In this document: one piece after another, positions 1 to 8,258 of the stretch
Numbering within the stretch: the first letter of the stretch is position 1
Layout: every line of letters starts with the position of its first letter
Origin: a virus
DNA length: 64,000 nucleotides
Direction: 5' to 3' (one strand)
IMG/VR virus record: IMGVR_UViG_3300046787_000438
Location: 1-64,000 of that record
Notes under the pieces: model-generated
The model's database searches: none
What the model was told of the DNA's origin: nothing
The model's input: the letters and a program-made list of their open reading frames with translations, nothing else
Program-made: the position numbers and the translations under genes

Positions 1-129
1 AGCAAGGCTAAAGCTGCGCTAGGAATGGTGGACCCAGGAACCTGGACACTCTACGCTTCTTCAACCGAAGATGGCATCGAGAGCCTGGTCGAACTTGCAT
101 CTGGAAACCTCCAGATCAAGATGTACTAA
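1..129 (+). CDS. 3' end of a hypothetical (probably virion) protein, truncated by the window edge
   Basis: Open frame 1 SKAKAALGMVDPGTWTLYASSTEDGIESLVELASGNLQIKMY to TAA at 127-129, followed by the RBS of the next gene. Confidence 0.6.
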   Translation, partial: SKAKAALGMVDPGTWTLYASSTEDGIESLVELASGNLQIKMY

Positions 130-142
130 GAAAGAAGGAAAT

Positions 143-337
143 ATGTCAATTCAGACTAACTTCCGCGCCCAGGACATGTTGGGTGCCGAAAAACCTGTCG
201 CAAAGAAAACTGCACCTGCTCCACGAGTTGCTGCTCCTACCCCTAAGGTAGAGCCAGTAGTTGTAGAGCCAGTTGTTGCTGAAGTTGAAGAGACCGTTGC
301 TGCTCCTGCAGCAGAGGAGACCTCTACCGAGGAGTAG
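143..337 (+). CDS. Small Pro/Ala/Glu-rich hypothetical protein (64 aa)
   Basis: ATG at 143 preceded by AAGAAGGAA; the ORF-track start at 71 overlaps the upstream gene. Confidence 0.7.
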   Translation: MSIQTNFRAQDMLGAEKPVAKKTAPAPRVAAPTPKVEPVVVEPVVAEVEETVAAPAAEETSTEE

Positions 338-340
338 TAA

Positions 341-850
341 ATGCCAAGTCAAGAATTAGATTTAACTGGAGTATCCGAGGATGCAGTACATCTTCGCGAC
401 CTGATGGATGGCATTCTTGAACGTATTGAATCTACTTTTCAATCATATAACGTGGAGCTGCCCCAGCGTAGATACTGGACAATGGGGCAGCCTGCGATTG
501 ATTCAGAGCAGCTAGTAGTGTCTTTTATTCAGATGTATCTAGGTGCTCCTGGAGATCAGGCAGTGGCCCCTCAGCGGTGTCACGTACCTAGGACAGCGGT
601 CGTTGGTATCTCGATTGCCAGATCCGCCCCTGTAGTAGGTGCTAATGGTAGGCCACCATCTGGTCGTCAAATTCAAGCAGCAGCCGAGGTTTCGGCAATT
701 GACTCGTGGGTTCTCATGGACTCTGTTAACCTGCTTGACCAGTGGGACGACAGCGGTTTTGGGTTAGGCGTTATTGCTACCTTAGAGACCGCTGGAATTG
801 ATGGCGGATATCAGACTGTAAATATGCAGCTGACTATGGCTATCCCATAA
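341..850 (+). CDS. Putative tail completion/terminator-like virion protein
   Basis: 169 aa; position in the tail module upstream of the gp10-like, chaperone and tape measure genes; function from synteny only. Confidence 0.5.
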   Translation: MPSQELDLTGVSEDAVHLRDLMDGILERIESTFQSYNVELPQRRYWTMGQPAIDSEQLVVSFIQMYLGAPGDQAVAPQRCHVPRTAVVGISIARSAPVVGANGRPPSGRQIQAAAEVSAIDSWVLMDSVNLLDQWDDSGFGLGVIATLETAGIDGGYQTVNMQLTMAIP

Positions 851-852
851 TC

Positions 853-1266
853 ATGGAGTTTAAAGTAGTAGAAGTAACTCTCTACAAAGAAGAGTTACGA
901 AGATTCCTAAACACCGACTACCCTGGTGATGCAAAAACTCTTTGGAAGTATTTAGAGCGCAGAAACAAGATAGCGCTACTTCGTGCAAAAAAGCAGGTGG
1001 GCTTCCAGACTGGAGCCCTCCAACGAAATATTCGTGCATACCACCTAGGCAATGCTATGGGGCAGTTTGCTGGACTAATTGCTGACAAGCCATACGCGCT
1101 GGCACACCACGAGGGGACACGCCCCCACATTATTAAGCCAAAAGAAGCTGGCGGGGTACTAGTTTTTAGTAAGGGGTCTAGGGTCATTAGGACTCGAGAG
1201 GTTCATCACCCTGGAACTAAGGCCAATAAATACCTAAGCGACCAGTTAATTCACTATAGGTCCTAG
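853..1266 (+). CDS. HK97 gp10-like tail-component protein
   Basis: TGALQRNI ... YALAHHEGT..H.I.P ... VHHPGTKANKYL motifs typical of this family. Confidence 0.7.
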   Translation: MEFKVVEVTLYKEELRRFLNTDYPGDAKTLWKYLERRNKIALLRAKKQVGFQTGALQRNIRAYHLGNAMGQFAGLIADKPYALAHHEGTRPHIIKPKEAGGVLVFSKGSRVIRTREVHHPGTKANKYLSDQLIHYRS

Positions 1267-1293
1267 TCACTCTAATCTGGCCTTCATTTATAC

Positions 1294-1302
1294 GGTAAAA
1301 TA
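1294..1302 (+). promoter_or_regulatory. GGTAAAATA putative late/extended -10 promoter motif
   Basis: Intergenic, about 50 nt upstream of the chaperone gene; the same motif recurs upstream of several structural genes. Confidence 0.5.
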
Positions 1303-1351
1303 TTAGTACGGGGTTTGCCCGCAATTGACATATAAATGAAATGGATTATTA

Positions 1352-1684
1352 ATGACTAAGTTTAAGGACTTTGGCTCTGGCTCATCCGAGCAGAAGGAAG
1401 CAGTTAGCTTCAAGCTTCACGGCGAAGACTTTGCATGTCGCCCAGCAATTCAGGGTAAGCTCCTGATCGACCTTGCTAAGGACGCAGCGTCAGAGGACGC
1501 AGCTGCGGCAGCCGAGACTATCGAAAAATTCTTTGCAAACGTACTGACCCCTGAGGACTCAGATCGTTTTCAGGCTCTCCTTGTAGACCCAGACCGTATC
1601 GTTGAAGTAGAGACCCTAACCGAGATTATTTCTTGGTTGATGGAAGTCTACACAGACCGCCCAAATCAGCAGCCAGAGGCTTAA
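1352..1684 (+). CDS. Tail assembly chaperone (G-type)
   Basis: 110 aa, two ORFs before the tape measure gene; slippery heptamer near the 3' end. Confidence 0.8.
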   Translation: MTKFKDFGSGSSEQKEAVSFKLHGEDFACRPAIQGKLLIDLAKDAASEDAAAAAETIEKFFANVLTPEDSDRFQALLVDPDRIVEVETLTEIISWLMEVYTDRPNQQPEA

Positions 1685-2079
1685 TCGACTGGGCAGTTGA
1701 CCTCTGGCCGTATATAAATGGAAAAGCCCTAGTGAGTGGATTGAATTTGAAGGAAATGGATGCAACTGATCTAGTTGACGTGCTTCACTATTTCTTCGAA
1801 GAAGACCATGTTCGGTACGAAAGTAGCGAGCACGCGGAGTCAGCCTCAAAAATGAGAACTCGTCTGTATAGAGATCTCTACGACAGAGACTACAAGTACG
1901 CGATCGAAGCAAGTTCCAATAGCACTAGCGGTGGACGTAGATATGTAAGTGATAGCGATGAATCTGACTATGATGAATTCGCTAGAACTGACCAGGTCAA
2001 GCCATATATTCCACCGACGCAATTTAATCCAGATTCCGCTGATCCATTTAACGGAGCTCTAGATGCGCCAATCAGATAA
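1633..2079 (+). CDS. Tail assembly chaperone C-terminal extension (GT-type, frameshift product)
   Basis: Overlaps ORF 1352 in the -1 frame and lies directly before the tape measure gene. Confidence 0.75.
   Translation: MVDGSLHRPPKSAARGLIDWAVDLWPYINGKALVSGLNLKEMDATDLVDVLHYFFEEDHVRYESSEHAESASKMRTRLYRDLYDRDYKYAIEASSNSTSGGRRYVSDSDESDYDEFARTDQVKPYIPPTQFNPDSADPFNGALDAPIR
1660..1666 (+). other. -1 programmed ribosomal frameshift site C CCA AAT
   Basis: X XXY YYZ heptamer in frame with ORF 1352; the -1 frame continues PKSAARGLIDW into ORF 1633-2079. Confidence 0.8.
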
Positions 2080-2097
2080 CGTAGGAGGTGATGGCAC

Positions 2098-5000
2098 ATG
2101 GCAGTAGTAGGTGAAGCACGCATTGTTGTTAGAGCCATCACCGCTGGCGTTGGCGAGCAGATTTCCGCGTCTCTTCGAAAAGCATCAGCTGAGACCAGTA
2201 AAGTCGGGGATCAGATTGGTAAGGACTTAAATAACTCTATTAAAAAGAGTACATCTAAGTCTCCGTTCGGAAATCTAGCAAAAGATGCGCTAGATGCTAG
2301 GGACGCGTTCTCCAATCTACAACGCTCTGGATTCTTTATGCAGTCCGCGATGGGTGGCCTGGCTGGATCTATTGGCTCATTAGTCGGTGCCTTGGGCGGT
2401 CTAATAGGTGCCTTAGGAGCTGCAGCGCCTTCCATGGCTGCAGTTGCAGGAGCGGCTGTAGGTCTCGGTCTAGGCATGAAACTAGCTGGTATGGCTCTTG
2501 GTGGAGTAACTGGCCCGCTTAAGGCTGTAGGTAAGAGTGCTGGCGGAACAAAGAAGACCATAAAGGAGCTTAGGGAAGAGCTCCAACAGCTCAAATTTGA
2601 TGCTGAAGACGCGGCAATCGGAGAAAAAGAAGCTGCTCTAAACCTTGAAAAAGCTAGAGCTAACTTAGCTAGAATGGCCGATCTGCCGCCTAACTCCAAT
2701 GCCAGGCGTGACGCAGAAATCGAGTTTGAGAAGGCTGACCTAGCCTACCGTAGGGCTAAGGATCGAAATAAAGATCTACAGGATGAAATAGCTAATCCTA
2801 AAAAGAAAAAAGCCGCAGCGGGCACTGACCCGTATGCTGGGCTAACGAAGTCTCAGAAGGCTTTCGCTAAACTACTAGTAGGGCTAAAACCAAAGTTTGA
2901 CATGCTTAAGGAAGCTGTAGCTAGCGGATTCCTACCTAAGCTCGGTGATCTGATTAATCAGCTCATGACTAAGAACTTCCCTGCCTTGCAAAAAGGATTC
3001 ACTTCAATTGGTACGGCACTAGGCTCTGTATCAGATAAAATGGGTATTGCCTTTGACAAGGCAGATAAGAGTGGGGCCTTAGGATCCGTATTCGAGACCT
3101 CTGCTAAGGTGATTGAGTCATTTGGTGGGACTATAAGCCACCTCTTCGGTGCACTTCTTACAATCCTAAAAGCTGCTGCACCTATTACCGAGAGATTCGT
3201 TAAATGGATCGAGAAAGGCGCTGCAAACTTTGAAGCCTTTATCGATAAGGCCGATAAAGATAATAAGTTGGCTCAGTTCTTCGAGGATGCCTCTAAAATT
3301 GCTGAACGCTTCGGTGGGATCTTCGGGAACATTTTTAAGGGTATCGGTAAGCTAATTGAAGATGCCTTCAAGCCTGGCTCTGGTGCCGATATTATGCTCA
3401 CCTGGCTTGAAAAAGTTACTGCTGGATTTGCCAACATGGGTGCTGATGGCGGCCTGCACGAATTCTTAGCTGCTGCAGCAACTAATGCAACAAAGATGCT
3501 AGATGTATTAGGCGGGCTAGGCAAGATTATTATTGATCTTGGAGCTGACCCTAATATCGGTGTTATGTGGGATACCCTAGGTAAGGGTCTACCTATTGTA
3601 AAGAAGATCCTAGAGGATGGCGTAAAGTCTGGCCCAGCTATGGCCGAGCTGTTCTATCAAGTTACTCGCGTTCTCGGGGCCTTCTCTGATAACAAGACTC
3701 TAGAGATATTCTTCAAAACTCTCAGCGATGCAGCTAAGGTAGCAGCAGACTTCTTTAATAACCCAGATGTTAAAAAATTCATGGATAGCTTATCTCAAGT
3801 TCATGGATTCTTACTAGCTGTAGGCCTTGGTCTGATACTAGCCAAGCAGGCTGGGCTGATTCTACTTGGAACTCTCCTCAAACTTATTGGTCCATTTAAG
3901 TACTTCTTCTGGGTAGGTAAGGATGGGACAACTAAGTTTGCGGGCCAGATGACCCAAATGAAAGCTTCGATAGGTAAGTTTAAAGAAAGTGTAGTTAGCG
4001 CGAAAGACGCTATAGTCAACATGGGAAAGAAGACCGTAGATGCGGTTAAGACTGGTGCATCTGCATTCGCTGAGTGGGGCAGACAGGCTGGAACCTATGT
4101 TGTTCAAAAGTCTAAGGATGCTGCAACTGCTATCGGCAACTTCGGTAAAAAGAGTGTTGACGCTCTAAAGTCTGGTATGTCTGCTATGGCTAACTGGGGC
4201 AAGCAGATGGGCACCTTTGTAATTGGTAACCTTAAGAAGGCTGCAACAGCCGTAGGTGCCCTAACTACTAAGATTGCTCTAAACACCTGGGCAGTTATGA
4301 AGAACGTCGGCCAGTGGATTGCGCAGAAGGTAGCTCTCGTTGCCTCTACAATTGCTCAGACTGCCATGCGTGTTGCTACCGTAATCGCTACTGGAGTTCA
4401 GGCTGCCTTCAACTTTGTTATGGCTCTGAACCCGATTACATTGATTATTATTGGTATCGTAGCCCTTATTGCTGCCCTAGCCGTCTTCTTCACTCAGACG
4501 GAAATTGGTAAGCAGATCTGGCAAGGATTCGTAGACTTTATGTCTACCCTTTGGAATGGCCTTATTGACTTCTTCACTGGTCTAGGGCCATTCTTCGCTG
4601 ACTTATGGAACGGTATCGTAAACGGTATAGTTGCTGCCTGGAACTGGGTCGTAGGTGGGATAAGAACTGCCATCGATTGGGTAGTTGGAGTCTTCAGAAC
4701 TGCCTGGAATGGCATCACTGGGTTCTTCAGAACCCTAGTAAATGGTCTCATTGGAATGTTCGAAGGTTTTGTTAACTTCGTGATTAATGGTCTAAATAAC
4801 TTCCTGCGCCCGCTTCGTGATGCCATAAATGGTATTCTTCAAACCTTAGGTATCGACTTCGAGTTCAATGTAATCCCTAACGTTAGAATTCCTCGCTTAG
4901 CCAAGGGTGGAACCGTTATGCCTTCATCTGGTGGCTCGCTAGTTAACGTAGCTGAAGCTGGACGTCCAGAGCGTATCGAACCATTAGATCCAGACGGCCT

Positions 5001-5157
5001 ATCGAAGCGTGACAAGGCTATGATTGCAAAACTTTCTGGTGGCGGGCCTGGTAATATTCAAATTACTGTGAATCCTAGCCCTGGCATGGATGAGAGGGAG
5101 CTAGCCTCCATCATTTCTCGCCGTCTAGCCTTCGAGATGCGTAAGGGAACCGTTTAA
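2098..5157 (+). CDS. Tape measure protein
   Basis: 1019 aa, Ala/Gly-rich helical; Trp-periodic repeats (IWQGF/LWNG/AWNW); C-terminal IPRLAKGG..VAEAG.PE motif; RBS AGGAGG. Confidence 0.95.
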   Translation: MAVVGEARIVVRAITAGVGEQISASLRKASAETSKVGDQIGKDLNNSIKKSTSKSPFGNLAKDALDARDAFSNLQRSGFFMQSAMGGLAGSIGSLVGALGGLIGALGAAAPSMAAVAGAAVGLGLGMKLAGMALGGVTGPLKAVGKSAGGTKKTIKELREELQQLKFDAEDAAIGEKEAALNLEKARANLARMADLPPNSNARRDAEIEFEKADLAYRRAKDRNKDLQDEIANPKKKKAAAGTDPYAGLTKSQKAFAKLLVGLKPKFDMLKEAVASGFLPKLGDLINQLMTKNFPALQKGFTSIGTALGSVSDKMGIAFDKADKSGALGSVFETSAKVIESFGGTISHLFGALLTILKAAAPITERFVKWIEKGAANFEAFIDKADKDNKLAQFFEDASKIAERFGGIFGNIFKGIGKLIEDAFKPGSGADIMLTWLEKVTAGFANMGADGGLHEFLAAAATNATKMLDVLGGLGKIIIDLGADPNIGVMWDTLGKGLPIVKKILEDGVKSGPAMAELFYQVTRVLGAFSDNKTLEIFFKTLSDAAKVAADFFNNPDVKKFMDSLSQVHGFLLAVGLGLILAKQAGLILLGTLLKLIGPFKYFFWVGKDGTTKFAGQMTQMKASIGKFKESVVSAKDAIVNMGKKTVDAVKTGASAFAEWGRQAGTYVVQKSKDAATAIGNFGKKSVDALKSGMSAMANWGKQMGTFVIGNLKKAATAVGALTTKIALNTWAVMKNVGQWIAQKVALVASTIAQTAMRVATVIATGVQAAFNFVMALNPITLIIIGIVALIAALAVFFTQTEIGKQIWQGFVDFMSTLWNGLIDFFTGLGPFFADLWNGIVNGIVAAWNWVVGGIRTAIDWVVGVFRTAWNGITGFFRTLVNGLIGMFEGFVNFVINGLNNFLRPLRDAINGILQTLGIDFEFNVIPNVRIPRLAKGGTVMPSSGGSLVNVAEAGRPERIEPLDPDGLSKRDKAMIAKLSGGGPGNIQITVNPSPGMDERELASIISRRLAFEMRKGTV

Positions 5158-6116
5158 TGCCAAATCAATATTATGAGCCTAATAACATAGATCCAATCTC
5201 ACAGGCACTCGAAAATAAACTTGTAAACAATGCACTTAGTCCGCTACCCACTCCCTACATCTCGGGACTGAAACTGAATGCAGACATATCTATAAATGGA
5301 CTAACCCTAAACACGGTTGATAGTAATAATGTTATCTGGGTTATGTCTGATCTTCAGGGCTGGTGGACACTACCAGACTCAGAACTGCCAGACCTACCAC
5401 GCGGTTGGGGCGATGGTTCATATGACGCTATTGGCCGCTGGGCTAATCGAAACATCACGCTTACTGGGTCTTTTCTACCTCAGAAACCTCAGGACGCTGC
5501 AGCTGCTAGAAACTCACTTATACAGGCACTATCATTAGTTAAGACTGGTGGTTGGCTAATTGTTAACGAGACGCCTACAAGAGCGGCATATGTCCGACTT
5601 AGCGGAACCCCCGACATCTCTAGTGTCAATGCCAAGGGTCGTCATGACTTCTCTATTGGTCTCAAGGCTGTCGATCCTATTAAGTACGAGTGGGTGGACG
5701 GTGCTTCGGATGGGTATAACTCTATTACTGTTGCTGAAGGGTCTACATCCGCGACTGTATTGAATACGGGTAACACTCCAGTTCCTCTAATTTTTGAAAT
5801 TACTGGAGCACTGAGCCCGTCAGGAGATCAGCCAGCAACAATAATTAATGATGTTACTGGCGATACAATTTCCATTGTTGGCTCTACTACTTCCTCGCAG
5901 AGGCTAGAGATTGATACATACAACAGAGAAGTTTTAATAGTTACGGGCGCTGAGCCTGACACTACTGTCGTCAATGGCAGGTCTAAGGCCGCGGTATTAA
6001 TTGACTGGATGTATTTAGAGCCAGGTGTTCCAACTACTTTCTCTTTTGATGACCCAGCTAATGGTTCTAGCACAGCGTCTTGTAAAATTCTATGGAGATC
6101 TGGCTGGATCGGCTAG
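5157..6116 (+). CDS. Distal tail (Dit-like) protein
   Basis: Directly follows the tape measure gene; RNITLTG and LKAVDPIKY motifs and a W..GW C-terminus. Confidence 0.8.
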   Translation: MPNQYYEPNNIDPISQALENKLVNNALSPLPTPYISGLKLNADISINGLTLNTVDSNNVIWVMSDLQGWWTLPDSELPDLPRGWGDGSYDAIGRWANRNITLTGSFLPQKPQDAAAARNSLIQALSLVKTGGWLIVNETPTRAAYVRLSGTPDISSVNAKGRHDFSIGLKAVDPIKYEWVDGASDGYNSITVAEGSTSATVLNTGNTPVPLIFEITGALSPSGDQPATIINDVTGDTISIVGSTTSSQRLEIDTYNREVLIVTGAEPDTTVVNGRSKAAVLIDWMYLEPGVPTTFSFDDPANGSSTASCKILWRSGWIG

Positions 6117-6152
6117 CTGCTAGACTTATATAAAGACATTTAAGGACGTGAA

Positions 6153-8258
6153 ATGCCAGTAGCAACCTCGCCAGACAATCAAGCGGTAGACTATCGCTAC
6201 TTTGTTTGCGATCTCATGACTAACGAGTTGCTAGCCGAGATGCCGTTTAGAAGCGTCTCCTACTCTAGATCTCTTACAGAAGCTGGCACATTTAACGGTG
6301 ATATTGCCGTAACGCCAGACACCTACAATCTAAGCGTCTACGAAAATACTCTTCCAGCTAGAACTGCACTTTACGTAGTCCGTAACGGTATCTGCGTTTG
6401 GGGAGGAATCATCTGGGGACGTACCTACAGCCTCATAGATAAAGTTCTATCTGTAACTGCTGCAGAATTCACTAGCTACCTAAGTCACAGAGTTGTGTGG
6501 AAAACTTGGAACAGCTCTTACGCGGCTACTGCAGAAGTGGCTAGCGGAACTCTAACTGCCACTCTAATTGGCGGTCAATATAATTTTACAGTTGGCGAGC
6601 CGATATACATATCTTGGCCTACTGACTACAACAAGTACAATGGATACTTCGATGTGCTGACTAAGTCGAGTACTTCTGATGATAGATCTATAATTACTGC
6701 CACTGCCACGTTCACTGACGCGCTCGGTGTGGAGCGCGATATCCCCAATCTATCGATGGGCGAGGATAATGCCCTCACTATAGAGACTAGACAAGATACT
6801 TACCAATATGCTCAGGATCTGCTTAGGGAGCTGCAGACAGATTTATTTGACTTCGACTTTGCTAATGATTTAATTCGCCCTGGCATCGATCTATTCAATG
6901 AAATAGCATCAGTGTCACGCTCAGGCAACGTGGCCACCATAGTCACGAGCAAGAAGCACGAGCTCACCCCTGGTCAAAAAATTAAGGTTTCAGATATCTC
7001 GGCGGGGTCTGGCTTCGACGATCCAGAAGCTGTCGTAAAAGACATCATAAGTGATTACAGCATCTCATACGTGAATACTGGTACTAACGTATCTAGTACA
7101 AACGAAACGGATCACGTTAAGACCATCTCTAGCTTTAAGCGATCTGCGAATATTGCAACCTTCGAGACTACCTCAGCCCATGGGCTCTCGGAAGGGCAGA
7201 TTGTTCTGCTAGAGAACGTTAGCGAGACATTCGACGGATACTTTACTGTCTACGGGGCACCTGCATCGACTACGTCATTTCAGGTAGTAATGTATGGCGC
7301 AAATATCGCCAAGAGCTATACAGATACTACGGCCTCTATCAAGCCAACCCTAACTCGTAGAGCTGCTATGACTTATAGCACTTTTGGAGAGCACAGCACC
7401 TTAGGTGATATTGGATATGACTTCTCTGAAAATGATGCGTTCAGCTCGGCTAGGGAGGCTAACCCAGTAATTAGAGGTTTCGAGCTTAAGACTGTTGCCA
7501 ATATCTTCGAAGAATACAGTACTAAACCTAATGGCTTTGAGTATCGAGTAGATTGCGAATATGATGCAACTACCAATTCCTTCAAGCGCCACTTCAGATT
7601 TCTATCTATCGTTCCAAAGTCACTAAAAGACTGGCTAGCAGATCAGCCGAACGGGACTTCTGACTCTATTCCAGCAAGTGCCTACGGTGCTGACCGTCTT
7701 ATATTCGAGTACCCTGGAAACATTCTAGAGGCAGAATTTGAAGAGAATGCAGACGAGGCCGCTACTCGATTCTTTGTCCAGGGTAAGGACTCTGACTTAA
7801 GCTCTGATGCCAGCCAGCCATACTCTGCTGCATCTAACCACAAGCTCCTGCGCCAGGGGTGGCCAATTCTAGACGCAGTGGATACCCTAGATTCGGCAGA
7901 CGAGATAGTCCTATGGAAGCAAGCCTCTAGACTTCTTTCTGAGTCTATCCCGCCTATCAGTACTTTTACCATTTCAACAAATGGGTCAGCTCACCCGATA
8001 CTGGGTACGTATAAGCCTGGAGACTGGTGCTCGGTTAAATTGAATGATGCCTTTGTATCTCTAAGAGCCGATAGCTATCTAGAGCAGGACTACGGCATAG
8101 ACAACGGCGTCCTAGTCAGAAAAATAATCTCGTATTCAGTAGAAGTACCAGATACCCCTAGCTATCCAGAGAAGGTTAGCCTGGAGCTAGTGACGGAGCC
8201 GTCACTTCCTATATCTGGTGTCGTAGTTATTGATGGAAAGGTTTTCAATGGGAATTAG
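6153..8258 (+). CDS. Tail hub/baseplate (Tal-like) minor tail protein with inserted beta-domains
   Basis: N-terminal YRYFVCDL..ELLAEMPF..VSYSRSL..AGTF and VWGGIIW typical of actinophage hub proteins; internal TxxxH(E/G)LxxGQ repeats. Confidence 0.75.
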   Translation: MPVATSPDNQAVDYRYFVCDLMTNELLAEMPFRSVSYSRSLTEAGTFNGDIAVTPDTYNLSVYENTLPARTALYVVRNGICVWGGIIWGRTYSLIDKVLSVTAAEFTSYLSHRVVWKTWNSSYAATAEVASGTLTATLIGGQYNFTVGEPIYISWPTDYNKYNGYFDVLTKSSTSDDRSIITATATFTDALGVERDIPNLSMGEDNALTIETRQDTYQYAQDLLRELQTDLFDFDFANDLIRPGIDLFNEIASVSRSGNVATIVTSKKHELTPGQKIKVSDISAGSGFDDPEAVVKDIISDYSISYVNTGTNVSSTNETDHVKTISSFKRSANIATFETTSAHGLSEGQIVLLENVSETFDGYFTVYGAPASTTSFQVVMYGANIAKSYTDTTASIKPTLTRRAAMTYSTFGEHSTLGDIGYDFSENDAFSSAREANPVIRGFELKTVANIFEEYSTKPNGFEYRVDCEYDATTNSFKRHFRFLSIVPKSLKDWLADQPNGTSDSIPASAYGADRLIFEYPGNILEAEFEENADEAATRFFVQGKDSDLSSDASQPYSAASNHKLLRQGWPILDAVDTLDSADEIVLWKQASRLLSESIPPISTFTISTNGSAHPILGTYKPGDWCSVKLNDAFVSLRADSYLEQDYGIDNGVLVRKIISYSVEVPDTPSYPEKVSLELVTEPSLPISGVVVIDGKVFNGN

